NCBI GenBank assembly: GCA_965228735.1
Contig: OZ245838.1
Span: forward strand, 672,001 to 736,000
From: Planctomycetota bacterium
GTDB taxonomy: Bacteria > Planctomycetota > UBA1135 > UBA2386
Length of the DNA: 64,000 nucleotides
Direction: 5' to 3'
The notes beneath the pieces are model-generated. The model made no database searches. It saw only the letters and a list, made by a program, of their open reading frames with translations, and was not told where the DNA came from. This document shows positions 1 through 9,649 of the stretch, piece by piece. The position numbers were made by a program, and so were the translations under genes. Positions within the stretch are counted from its first letter, which is position 1. Each line of letters opens with the position of its first letter.

Positions 1-24
1 CGCAGCCGCGCCGAGGGTTCGGGT

Positions 25-2472
25 ATGCGACTTCTCGTGGCGTTCCTGCCTCTGCTGGTGACCGCGGCCTCGGTCGTTGGGCAGGCCGGGTCCAGGCCCC
101 AGGTCTCGGGGATCTACCCGCACCTCGCGATGTTCAACGACGAGGGCGAGTGCGGCACGGGCGCGGTCGTGCCGTGGGCCGGCAGGCTCTGGGTCGTGAC
201 CTACGCGCCGCACGAGCCGCGCGGTTCGAGCGACAAGCTCTATGCGATCGATGCCGACCTCGATCAGACGATTCGCGCTGAGGGCATCGGCGGCACGCCC
301 GCCAACCGGCTGATCCATCGCGAGTCGCAGCAGCTGTTCCTCGGGCCCTACGTGATCGATCGGCGCGGCTCGGTGCGCGTGATTCCGTACTCGGAGATGT
401 TCGGCCGTCACACCGGGACGGCGCGTCACCTGACCGACCCGGCGAAGAAGGTCTACACCGCGACGATGGAGGAGGGGCTCTACGAGATCGACGTCGACAC
501 GCTCGCGGTGACGGAGCTCTGGGCGGACGAGCAGCAGAAGGAGGGGCGCCACGCCGACCTGCCGGGCTACCACGGCAAGGGGCTGTACTCGGGCCAGCGG
601 CGTCTCGTCTACGCCAACAACGGGGAGCACGGCCAGCGCGCGCTGCGCGATCCGACGACGCCGTCGGGTGTCCTCGCCGAATGGGACGGCCAGGCCGACC
701 GCTGGACGGTCGTGCGGCGCAACCAGTTCACCGAGGTGACGGGACCGGGCGGGGTCTTCGGCAACGCCGATCCGGAACGCGATCCGATCTGGAGCGTCGG
801 CTGGGATCACCGTTCGCTGATCCTGCAAGTGCTCCACGATGGTCGCTGGCACACGTATCGGCTGCCGAAGGGTTCGCACAGCTACGACGGCGCGCACGGT
901 TGGAACACGGAGTGGCCGCGCATCCGTGACATCGGCGAGGACGACCTGCTCATGACGATGCACGGGCTGTTCTGGCGCTTCCCGCGCGCGTTCCGGCCCG
1001 GGGCGACGGGCGGGCTCGCGCCGCGCTCGGCCTACCTCAAGGTCATCGGCGACTTCTGCCGCTTCGGCGATCGCGTCGTGTTCGGTTGCGACGACACGGC
1101 GAAGAACGAGTTCCTCAACCAGCGCAAGGCGAAGGGCGAGATCGCCGCGCCCCGGTCGCAGAGCAACCTGTGGTTCGTCGAACCGGAACGGATCGAGCGG
1201 CTGGGACCGGTGCGCGCGGTCGGGTCGCCGTGGGCGCACGAGGACGTGGCGGCGGGGGCCGTGACCGCGCCGTTCCTCGTGGGCGGGTTCGCGCGGCGCG
1301 GGCTGCACCTCGCGCATCGCGGCGACCGGCCCGTGGAGGTGTGTGTCGAGGTCGACGTCGCGGGCGACGGTCGCTTCGTCGAGCTCGCGACGGTCGAGCT
1401 CCAACCGCGCGGCTACCGCTGGCTCGCGTTGACGGCGCCGGCGACGTGGCTGCGGCTGCGGGCGCCGCGGCCGATCCGGTCGGCGGTCGCGGCGCTGCAT
1501 CTCGCGAGCGCGGACGGACGCACCGCGGCGCGGGATCCGATGTTCGATGCGCTCGCGGCGGTCGGCGCGGACGACTGCGTCGGCGGGCTCGTGCGCGCCC
1601 GCGGCGGGGACGAGACCACGATGGCGTTCGCGGTGCAGACTCCCGGGGTCGACGAGCCGGTGGCCGACGTCGGCTGCTACGAACTGGACGGCGCGCTCGA
1701 ACTCACGCCGACGGGCGATGCCGGTCTGCATCGCCATACGCTCGAGCACACGGCGATCCCGCTCGGCGTCCTCGACGGGGACGCCGCGTCCCTCGTGTTC
1801 GTCGACGAGGCCGGCAGGCGTTGGCGGCTGCCGCGGCTCCCGGAGCGAACGGCGCCGGCGGGTGACCCGGGGCCGTTCACGCTCGCCGTCGCGGGCCGGG
1901 TCGCACGCGAGGTCGCGACCGAGCGCGACCTGTTCCACGCGCTGGGGACGTTCTACGAGCTCCCGGCGACCAACGCGGGCGGCTTCGCCAAGGTGCGGCC
2001 GGTGGCGTCGCACGATCGCTTCGTCCACGACTTCTGCAGCTTCCGCGGCCTGCTCGTGATGACCGGCGTCGCGGTCGATGCGCCGGCGGGGCCACACGTG
2101 GTGCGCTCGGCGGACGGCAGGGCGGCGCTTTGGGTCGGCGCGATCGACGACCTCTGGCGGCTCGGCAAGCCGCGCGGCGTCGGTGGGCCGTGGCTCGATA
2201 CGCCGGTCGCGGCGGGCGCCCACAGCGACCCGTACCTCGTGACCGGCTACGACCGCAAAGAGCTCACGCTGCGCCACGATGCGGACCGGCCGGTGCGGAT
2301 GACCGTCGAGGCCGACCTGTGCGGCGACGGCCGCTGGACCCCGGTGCGCACGTTCGAAGTGCCGGCCGGTACGCCGCTGATCCACGAATTCGACCGCGCG
2401 TGGTCGGCGTACTGGCTGCGGGTGCGCGCCGAGCGCGCGTGCTCCGCCACGGCGCAGCTGCGCTATCGCTGA
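25..2472 (+). CDS. Secreted conserved hypothetical protein (815 aa) with an internally duplicated ~90-aa domain
   Basis: Long ORF with high-GC coding bias; signal-peptide-like N-terminus (MRLLVAFLPLLVTAASVVG); Trp/Gly-rich; two similar segments LGPVRAVGSPW...WLRLRA and LGKPRGVGGPW...WLRVRA. Confidence 0.8.
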   Translation: MRLLVAFLPLLVTAASVVGQAGSRPQVSGIYPHLAMFNDEGECGTGAVVPWAGRLWVVTYAPHEPRGSSDKLYAIDADLDQTIRAEGIGGTPANRLIHRESQQLFLGPYVIDRRGSVRVIPYSEMFGRHTGTARHLTDPAKKVYTATMEEGLYEIDVDTLAVTELWADEQQKEGRHADLPGYHGKGLYSGQRRLVYANNGEHGQRALRDPTTPSGVLAEWDGQADRWTVVRRNQFTEVTGPGGVFGNADPERDPIWSVGWDHRSLILQVLHDGRWHTYRLPKGSHSYDGAHGWNTEWPRIRDIGEDDLLMTMHGLFWRFPRAFRPGATGGLAPRSAYLKVIGDFCRFGDRVVFGCDDTAKNEFLNQRKAKGEIAAPRSQSNLWFVEPERIERLGPVRAVGSPWAHEDVAAGAVTAPFLVGGFARRGLHLAHRGDRPVEVCVEVDVAGDGRFVELATVELQPRGYRWLALTAPATWLRLRAPRPIRSAVAALHLASADGRTAARDPMFDALAAVGADDCVGGLVRARGGDETTMAFAVQTPGVDEPVADVGCYELDGALELTPTGDAGLHRHTLEHTAIPLGVLDGDAASLVFVDEAGRRWRLPRLPERTAPAGDPGPFTLAVAGRVAREVATERDLFHALGTFYELPATNAGGFAKVRPVASHDRFVHDFCSFRGLLVMTGVAVDAPAGPHVVRSADGRAALWVGAIDDLWRLGKPRGVGGPWLDTPVAAGAHSDPYLVTGYDRKELTLRHDADRPVRMTVEADLCGDGRWTPVRTFEVPAGTPLIHEFDRAWSAYWLRVRAERACSATAQLRYR

Positions 2473-2621
2473 CGCGCCGCTGTGGACAACGCCTCACCCG
2501 GGGGTGGAGTGCGGACGCCGCACGGCGCTCAGAAAGCGCGGCAAACGGCGCAATCGCCGAGCGAAAACGGGGCCGAGCCGCTACGATCTCAACGCTTTCC
2601 TACCCTCACCGGAGAAAGCAA

Positions 2622-4079
2622 GTGGTCGAGTTCCTCGGCGAAGGTCTCACATACGACGACGTCCTCCTGGTGCCGCAGATGGCATCCGCGTTGCCGCGCG
2701 ACGTCGTGACCAGCACGCAGTTCTGTCGGGGAGTCGAGCTGCAGGTGCCGATCGTCGCGGCGGCCATGGACACCGTGACCGAATCCCGCATGGCGGTCGC
2801 CCTCGCGCGCCTCGGCGGCATCGGCATCGTGCACAAGAACCTGACCATCGAGCGCCAGGTGCTCGAGGTCGACAAGGTCAAGCGTTCGGCCAACGGTGTG
2901 ATCCTCGATCCCGTCGCGCTGTCGCCGAGCGACAAGGTCGGGCGCGCGAAGGACCTGATGCGCGACCACAAGATCAGCGGCCTGCCCGTCGTCGACGGCA
3001 GCCGCAAGGTCGTCGGTATCCTCACCAACCGCGACCTGCGGTTCGTCGACGACCGTGATTCCGAGGTGCGGGCGGTGATGACGAGCCAGAACCTCGTGAC
3101 CGCGGCGCCGGAGACGACGCTCGATCAGGCGCGGCAGATCCTGCGCAGCAACAAGGTCGAGAAGCTCATCCTCGTGAAGCCCGACGGCACGCTCGCGGGG
3201 CTGATCACGATGAAGGACATCCGCGGCACCGAGGAGTACCCGCAGGCTGCGCGTGATCAGCGTGGTCGCCTGCGGGTCGGCGCGGCGGTCGGCGTGCACG
3301 ACCTCGAGCGCGTCGGCCAGCTCGTCGAGGCCGGTTGTGACGTCGTCGTCGTCGACACCGCGCACGGCCACAGCAAGAACGTGATCGAGACGGTGCAGGC
3401 CATCAAGAAGGCCTCGGACATCCCCGTCGTCGCGGGCAACGTCGGCACGTTCGACGGCGCCAAGGCGCTGGTGGAAGCAGGGGCGGACGGCGTCAAGGTC
3501 GGCATCGGGCCGGGCTCGATCTGCACGACGCGCATCGTCACGGGCTGCGGCGTGCCACAGCTCACGGCGGTGCTCGAAGCGTGCAAGGCGACGCAGCCGG
3601 CCGGCGTGCCCGTCATCGCGGACGGCGGCATCAAGCAGAGCGGCGACATCGTCAAGGCGCTCGCCGCGGGCGCGTCGACCGTGATGCTCGGTTCACTGCT
3701 GGCCGGTCTCGAAGAGTCGCCCGGCGAGACGATTCTCTACCGCGGTCGCCAGTTCAAGACCGTGCGCGGCATGGGCTCGATCGGCGCGATGGAGCAGGGC
3801 TCGGCCGACCGCTACGCGCAGGCCGAGGTGAAGGACAAGCAGAAGTTCGTGCCCGAGGGCGTCGAGGGCATGGTGCCCTACAAGGGCCCCGTCGCGGACT
3901 TCGTCTACCAGCTCGCCGGCGGCTTGCGTTCGGGCATGGGCTACTGCGGCGCGCGCACGCTGCCGGAGCTCACCGAGAAGTCGAAGTTCTTGCGCGTCAC
4001 GCCGGCCGGGTTGCGCGAGTCGCACCCGCACGACATCCAGATCACCAAGGAAGCCCCGAACTACTCGGGCGAAGCATGA
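2622..4079 (+). CDS. guaB: IMP dehydrogenase
   Basis: [12 protein letters not shown]-terminus, CBS pair, catalytic loop [20 protein letters not shown] start after GGAG at 2611. Confidence 0.97.
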   Translation: MVEFLGEGLTYDDVLLVPQMASALPRDVVTSTQFCRGVELQVPIVAAAMDTVTESRMAVALARLGGIGIVHKNLTIERQVLEVDKVKRSANGVILDPVALSPSDKVGRAKDLMRDHKISGLPVVDGSRKVVGILTNRDLRFVDDRDSEVRAVMTSQNLVTAAPETTLDQARQILRSNKVEKLILVKPDGTLAGLITMKDIRGTEEYPQAARDQRGRLRVGAAVGVHDLERVGQLVEAGCDVVVVDTAHGHSKNVIETVQAIKKASDIPVVAGNVGTFDGAKALVEAGADGVKVGIGPGSICTTRIVTGCGVPQLTAVLEACKATQPAGVPVIADGGIKQSGDIVKALAAGASTVMLGSLLAGLEESPGETILYRGRQFKTVRGMGSIGAMEQGSADRYAQAEVKDKQKFVPEGVEGMVPYKGPVADFVYQLAGGLRSGMGYCGARTLPELTEKSKFLRVTPAGLRESHPHDIQITKEAPNYSGEA

Positions 4080-5680
4080 GCCAGATCGACGAGTCTGCAG
4101 ACCCGATGGCGGCAGCCGGGGCCGAGCCCGAAGGGCCGAGCGGCGGCGTCCTGATCGTCGACTTCGGCGCGCAATACTGCCAGCTCATCGCGCGGCGCGT
4201 GCGCGAGCTCGGCGTCTACTCGCGCATCACGGTGCCCGAGCGCGCGATGTTCACGCTGCAGCACATGCGGCCCGCGGCGATCATCCTCAGCGGCGGGCCG
4301 AGCTCGGTCTATGCCGACGATGCGCCCGCGCTCGATCCAGCGATCCTCGAGCAGGGCGTGCCGGTGCTCGGCATCTGCTACGGCCTGCAGTGGCTCGCGC
4401 AGCACACGGGCGGCGAGGTCACGCCGGCGCAGTCGGGCGCGGAGTACGGCCGCACGAAGCTGAACGTGCAGGACGCCGCCGACTTCTTGCAGGGCTGCAA
4501 GCCCGACGGCGTCGTGTGGATGTCGCACGGCGACAAGGTCAGCAAGCTCGGGCCTGGCTTCGAGGTGCTCGCGAAGAGCGAGCCGTGCCCGTTCGCCGTC
4601 GTCGCCGACCGGCAGCGCAAGTTCTTCGGGCTGCAGTTCCACCCCGAGGTCGCGCACACCGAGGACGGCGCGCGCATGCTGCAGAACTTCATCGTCGACA
4701 TCGCGCAGTGCGCGCGCGACTGGAACCCGGGCAGCATCGTCGACAACAAGATCGCGGCCGTGAAGGAACTCGTCGGCGAGACCGGCGAGGTCGTGCTCGG
4801 CCTGTCGGGCGGCGTCGACAGTTCGGTCGCCGCGGTGCTCATCCATCGCGCGATCGGCAATCGCCTGCACTGCGTGTTCGTCGACAACGGGCTGCTGCGG
4901 CACGGTGAACGCGAGGGCGTCGAGTCGCTGTTTCGCGATCACTACCACATGGACCTCGAGGTCGTCGACGCGAGCGAGCGCTTCCTCGGCGAGCTCGCCG
5001 GCGTCGAGGAGCCGGAGCAGAAGCGCAAGATCATCGGGCGCGTGTTCGTCGAGGTGTTCCGCGAGCGCGCGAGCAGCAAGCAGAACGCGACGTTCCTCGG
5101 CCAGGGCACGCTCTATCCCGACGTGATCGAGTCGGTCGCCGCGCACGGCGGCGCGACGTCGACGATCAAGAGTCACCACAACGTCGGTGGGCTGCCGGAG
5201 GACCTCGACCTCACCCTCGTCGAACCGTTGCGGGATCTGTTCAAGGACGAGGTGCGCGCGATCGGGCGCGAGCTCGGGCTGCCGAGTTCGCTCGTCGACC
5301 GCCAGCCGTTCCCGGGTCCGGGCCTCGCGGTGCGCTGTCTCGGCGAGGTGACGCGCGAGAAGCTCGAGCCGCTGCGCAGAGCAGACAAGATCGTGCGCGA
5401 CGAGATCGAGGAGCGCGGGCTCGAGAAGAACCTGTGGCAATACTTCGCGGTCTACGTGCCGCAGAAGTCGGTCGGCGTGAAGGGCGACGCGCGCGTCTAC
5501 GAGGACGTCTGCGTGATGCGCCTCGTGAGCAGCCTCGACGCGATGACCGCCGACTGGGAGATGCTCCCGGTCGACGTGCTGAGCCGCATCAGCAACCGCA
5601 TCCTCAACGAGGTCAAAGGCTTCGCCCGCGTCTGCCTCGACATCTCGAGCAAGCCGCCGGCGACGATCGAGTGGGAGTGA
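4076..5680 (+). CDS. guaA: GMP synthase (glutamine-hydrolysing)
   Basis: DFGAQY, GICYG, QFHPE GATase triad, LSGGVDS, KSHHNVGGLP, C-terminal KPPATIEWE; ATGA overlap with guaB stop. Confidence 0.97.
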   Translation: MSQIDESADPMAAAGAEPEGPSGGVLIVDFGAQYCQLIARRVRELGVYSRITVPERAMFTLQHMRPAAIILSGGPSSVYADDAPALDPAILEQGVPVLGICYGLQWLAQHTGGEVTPAQSGAEYGRTKLNVQDAADFLQGCKPDGVVWMSHGDKVSKLGPGFEVLAKSEPCPFAVVADRQRKFFGLQFHPEVAHTEDGARMLQNFIVDIAQCARDWNPGSIVDNKIAAVKELVGETGEVVLGLSGGVDSSVAAVLIHRAIGNRLHCVFVDNGLLRHGEREGVESLFRDHYHMDLEVVDASERFLGELAGVEEPEQKRKIIGRVFVEVFRERASSKQNATFLGQGTLYPDVIESVAAHGGATSTIKSHHNVGGLPEDLDLTLVEPLRDLFKDEVRAIGRELGLPSSLVDRQPFPGPGLAVRCLGEVTREKLEPLRRADKIVRDEIEERGLEKNLWQYFAVYVPQKSVGVKGDARVYEDVCVMRLVSSLDAMTADWEMLPVDVLSRISNRILNEVKGFARVCLDISSKPPATIEWE

Positions 5681-5750
5681 ACACCCGTACGGAACCAGGT
5701 TCATCCTGCCGATCCCTTCGGCAACACGAACCGCGTACCGTACGCCGGGA

Positions 5751-6401
5751 TCAGGTGCGTGGCTTCGGCGCGAAACGGCGCAGCAGCAGGTGCGTCGGGC
5801 CGACGAGTACGAGCGGCTGGAGCGCCATCCACAGGCCGAGCCACGCGAGTTCGGGCATCCAGGTCTGCCGTTCCTCGCCGAGTCCGAACACGTAGTTGAC
5901 GTTGTAGGGCAGGTTGGGGTTGTCCGGATCGGCGGGCGGCGGCGGCAGGAAGAAGTAGGCGATGAGGATCAGCGCCCACGCGGTGAGCACCCAGGCCTGG
6001 AAGCCGCGGCGGTCGTAGCCAACGCGCCACACGAGCCACAGCAACAAGAACGGCAGCCACCCGTGGAACAGCGACAGCGCCCGGTTGAACAGCGGGTTGT
6101 TCTCGCTGTCGAACATGTAGTTCGTCATGCCGGTGATCGGCACGCCGACCATGCCGCCGAGGAAGTCGACGACCCAGAGCATCTGCGGCAGCACGATGCC
6201 GGCAGCGGCCATGCTGATCGGCAGCGACCGCTCGGTCCACATGCCGTAGAGCGTGAGGAACAGCGCGACGTCGCAGAAGTAGAGGAAGTTCGTCGGCCCG
6301 TAGTTGTACCAGTAGAACGGCACGAGCACGGCCATGAACGCCGTCATGAGCAGCTTGGCGGCGAGCGGGATGCGCTTCGGCGGCGCGGCGTCTGTAGCCA
6401 T
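5751..6401 (-). CDS. Conserved integral membrane protein, function unknown
   Basis: About 6 hydrophobic segments; motifs YGPTNFLYFCD, LSLFHGWLP, NVNYVFG. Confidence 0.8.
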   Translation of the reverse strand: MATDAAPPKRIPLAAKLLMTAFMAVLVPFYWYNYGPTNFLYFCDVALFLTLYGMWTERSLPISMAAAGIVLPQMLWVVDFLGGMVGVPITGMTNYMFDSENNPLFNRALSLFHGWLPFLLLWLVWRVGYDRRGFQAWVLTAWALILIAYFFLPPPPADPDNPNLPYNVNYVFGLGEERQTWMPELAWLGLWMALQPLVLVGPTHLLLRRFAPKPRT

Positions 6402-6467
6402 CACGGAACGGTATCGCGGTGGCCGTGAGACAAGGATACCGGGTTCGGTATGTTCACGGCCGGTCTG

Positions 6468-8093
6468 TCAGCGACCGGGGCCGAGCACCGGATCCTCGTT
6501 CTCGATCGTCATCACGAGGTCGCCCGGGCCGGCGAGGAAGCGGCCGATGTGGCTCGACCAGGTGCGGCCGTCGCGGCGGGTCGTCGCGAAGAGGGCGTAG
6601 GCGTGACTCTCGGTGAGGCCGGAGAACGTGAAGCGCCCGGTCGCGTCGGTGACCGTCGCGCGCGTGCCCGGGCGCAGCTCGTCGTGCGGTGCCGTCAGGG
6701 TGACGGTGACGCCGGCGACGGGCTCGCCGTTCGGCAACCGCACTTCACCCTGGACCTCGAAGCCCGGCTGGATCTCGAGGTCGATGCCCGCGCTCGGGGC
6801 TTCCTTGATCGGCCAGTCGGCGTTGCCGAACGCGGGGTCGCTCGCGCGCACGGTGCCGGGCAGGGTGATGGCGCCGAAGTCGGCGCGGCCGCGGCGGTCG
6901 GTGCGAACGGCGACGGTCGCGAGCGCGTTGCCGTCGGGGACGTACTCGAGGTGCACGTCACGCGCTGGGTCGCCGCCGGGCAGGCGGCACGTCGCGCGCA
7001 GCTGCTGGCCTTCGGCGAATTCGATCGTCGTCGCGGCGTTCTCGCCCTGGAAGTCGATCATCGGGCGCGCGACCGGTGGCCGCTCGGCGCTCGTCACGAG
7101 CAGCCAGACGTCGCCGGCGCCGACCGGGGTGCTGGGCAACGTGAGCTTGCCGCCCGCGACGGTCGCGGCGCCGAGCACGCGCCAGTCGCCGGACGCGTCG
7201 CCCTTGAGAACGAAGCCGTGCGTCGCTTTGCCGGCGCCGGTGACCGAGAGCTGCAGCAGTTCGGGGTCCGCGGCGAACGTCGGTTCGCGGGCGGTGATCA
7301 GCCGGCCGGTCATCGGCTCGTGTGCCTGCAACGTCGCGTTCGCGGCGCGGCCGACGAGCACGCAGCGCGCGCGTTCTTCGCCGAGCAGCACGACGTCGGC
7401 GCGGCCGGCGGGGGTGACGGTGCGACCCGGCTCGCGCGCGAGCGTGCGACCGTCGCCGGCGAAGTCCGCGGCCGTCAGTTCGATCGACTGACCCGCCGCG
7501 AGCTCGAGCGCGCGCCAGAGGATGCGGCCGTCGTGTTCGATCCACGCCGAGTAGCGGCCGGCCGGCAGCGGGACGGCGCTGCCGCGCAGCGCGGGCAGGA
7601 TCTGTTCCCCGGTTGGCGTCTGGCGCGCGGCATACACGGTGATCTGGCCGCCGTCGTTCCGGTTCGGCGCGACGACGACGCCCGCCGCGCGCAGCATGAG
7701 CTTGTCGGCCGCGCCGGGTAGCAAGCGGTCGTAGAACGCGGCGAGGTGGCCGCCGTCGTCGCCGTCCCCGAGCACGAGCACGGCACCCGGTCGCGGCGGC
7801 GCGCCGCCGCCGATGCCGAACTGCAGCGAACCGGTCCGCCGACTCGGCCCGCCGGGGATCGCGGGCTGCTCGCGGGTGAAGAACAGCTCCACGTCACCGA
7901 GTCGCGCGAGCGCCGGGTAGCGCCGCACCGGATCCGCGAGGATCAGTCCGACCGCGCCCTCGACCGGCCCGCGCCGCGCGTCGGTGCCGTTCCGCAGCAT
8001 GAGGAACGCCGGCTGGGTGCGCGTGCCGCCCTGCGCCGCGAGCGTGGCGGCCAGCAGGGTCATGGGCAGCAGGAACCAGAGCGCGAGCGCCAT
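6468..8093 (-). CDS. Secreted protein with carboxypeptidase-regulatory-like (Ig-like) repeats
   Basis: Signal peptide MALALWFLLPMTLLAATLAAQ; repeats of the type GEVRLPNGEPVAGVTVTL...TDATGRFTFSGL; start approximate. Confidence 0.7.
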   Translation of the reverse strand: MALALWFLLPMTLLAATLAAQGGTRTQPAFLMLRNGTDARRGPVEGAVGLILADPVRRYPALARLGDVELFFTREQPAIPGGPSRRTGSLQFGIGGGAPPRPGAVLVLGDGDDGGHLAAFYDRLLPGAADKLMLRAAGVVVAPNRNDGGQITVYAARQTPTGEQILPALRGSAVPLPAGRYSAWIEHDGRILWRALELAAGQSIELTAADFAGDGRTLAREPGRTVTPAGRADVVLLGEERARCVLVGRAANATLQAHEPMTGRLITAREPTFAADPELLQLSVTGAGKATHGFVLKGDASGDWRVLGAATVAGGKLTLPSTPVGAGDVWLLVTSAERPPVARPMIDFQGENAATTIEFAEGQQLRATCRLPGGDPARDVHLEYVPDGNALATVAVRTDRRGRADFGAITLPGTVRASDPAFGNADWPIKEAPSAGIDLEIQPGFEVQGEVRLPNGEPVAGVTVTLTAPHDELRPGTRATVTDATGRFTFSGLTESHAYALFATTRRDGRTWSSHIGRFLAGPGDLVMTIENEDPVLGPGR

Positions 8094-8143
8094 CGTGGCA
8101 CGAACGTAGACCACGGCGCCGGGTTCAGTCACCACCGATGGCC

Positions 8144-8248
8144 GTACCGAACCCGTTTCGAATCCGCCACTGCGCCGCGGCCGCAAGCGTGCGCCGGTGG
8201 CGGGGTCGCGCGGTTGGCTGGGTGGCGGATTCGAAACGGGTTCGGTAC
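8144..8248. repeat. REPIN/MITE-like inverted-repeat element, copy 1
   Basis: Perfect 27-bp inverted repeat GTACCGAACCCGTTTCGAATCCGCCAC (8144-8170) and its reverse complement (8222-8248), 51-bp spacer, intergenic. Confidence 0.9.
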
Positions 8249-8262
8249 CGCCACCCGGCGGG

Positions 8263-8895
8263 TCAGCCGATCTCGGCGCGGTTGACGACGACCTTGCTCA
8301 CCAGGCCGTATTCGAGCGCCTGGCCGGCGTCGAGCCAGAAGTCGCGGCGGGCGGACTCGAGGACGTCCTCGGCCTTCTTGCCGCACTCTTCCGCGATGAT
8401 GCGGTTGTAGCGGTCGCGCAGCTTCAGGATCTCCTTCGCCGTGATGTCGAGGTCGCTGGCCTGGCCGCGGCCCATCGTCGACGGCTGGTGGATCATGAAG
8501 CGGCTCTCACCCATGCAGAAGCGTCGCTCCTTCGGCGCGGCGAGCGCGATCAGGATGCCGGCGGACGCGCACAGGCCGTTCACGATCGTCTGCACGGGCG
8601 GCGCGATGAAGCGCAGCATGTCGTAGATCGCGAACCCCGCGTCGGCGCTGCCGCCGGGCGAGTTGATGAACACCTGGATCGGCGCGCTGCTGTCCTTCTG
8701 CTCCATCGCCATGCAGCGGATGGTCGCTTCCTTGAGCATCTTGTCGTCGACCGGGCCGCTGATCAGGATCGTGCGGGAGTCGAAGAGCGCCTTCTCGTAG
8801 GGGTTGGGGGTGGGCTTGTCCTGGTCCTTGGAGTCCTCCTCGTCGTCCAGCCGGAAGCCGCGGGGATCGAGATCGTCGTTCTGCATCGTTGTCAT
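8263..8895 (-). CDS. clpP: ATP-dependent Clp protease proteolytic subunit
   Basis: FINSPGGS, CASAG (Ser), MIHQPS (His), RRDFWL; start at 8895 or 8886. Confidence 0.92.
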   Translation of the reverse strand: MTTMQNDDLDPRGFRLDDEEDSKDQDKPTPNPYEKALFDSRTILISGPVDDKMLKEATIRCMAMEQKDSSAPIQVFINSPGGSADAGFAIYDMLRFIAPPVQTIVNGLCASAGILIALAAPKERRFCMGESRFMIHQPSTMGRGQASDLDITAKEILKLRDRYNRIIAEECGKKAEDVLESARRDFWLDAGQALEYGLVSKVVVNRAEIG

Positions 8896-9649
8896 GGATG
8901 GAATGGCGGACTTCGCCAGGGCTTCCATCGGGTCTCGGCCGGCCGCGGGTTGAGGAGCAACGCGCTCCGAACGGCCCCGACCGCCGGTCTGCCTGGATAA
9001 CGCACGCTTCGGCACGCCGCAACCGTTGGAATCGCCCTGGAATCGCGCTGCCATCGACCGAATCGGCGGAACGGTGCGGTGGGGAACGGTTCGGGGCAGG
9101 CCGCGCGCGGCCGATCGAAAATTCAGCCGTGAAGCGGCTTGCGCCCGTCTCGGACCGTGGTTACCGTGCCCGCCCGTAGTCGCGATTCCGCGTTTCGAAC
9201 GCGTCGCATTCGGGCTCGGCGTCCTCACGGCGCCCTCTTCGGCTCCGGCCCTTCCACACGAACGGCCCCCGATAAGCCCAATACTCGGCGCCTTCGACAC
9301 CGCTCCGCGACACGCGAGCAGGGGGTCGGCGCGTCACGTTGCCGGTCGTTTCGGTTCGGATTCTGGCACTCGCGCCAGGTCCAGCCGAGGGCATTGCCCA
9401 CGCATCTGCGTGGACGGCCCTCACACCGTTGCGGCCTTTGACACGTCCGTTCCTCGAAGAACGCGTTTCCCGGGTCGTTCCCGGGCGGCGCTTCGGCCTG
9501 AAGCCTCTCGATCCGGCCGGATTCATGGCGAGTTCGTCGTGGATTCACCCGGCTCTCGTGAGGTGTGGGCCGGCGACGGCCGCGCTCGGCGCGGGTCGCC
9601 AACTGCAGATGAGTCAGGATCGCGCGCGGACCACCCGCGCGGGATCGGG

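Noticed and set aside
2490..2600. GGCAAAC-hairpin upstream of guaB as a c-di-GMP-I or purine riboswitch; TGTGGACAA as a DnaA box
   Set aside because: No GNRA loop/receptor or downstream conserved motif visible; a single imperfect DnaA box is not meaningful
2130..2621. N-terminal extensions in the ORF track (guaB here; likewise guaA, clpP, rho, rplC, thrB, the S8 peptidase, gltA)
   Set aside because: Recognisable family sequence, SD or -10 signals and gene overlaps point to downstream starts
8144..8248. Repeat with a variable spacer considered as a CRISPR array
   Set aside because: Arms are inverted, only two per locus, and no cas genes are present
9438..9466. TTGACA upstream of rho as a promoter
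   Set aside because: No convincing -10 element at 16-18 bp
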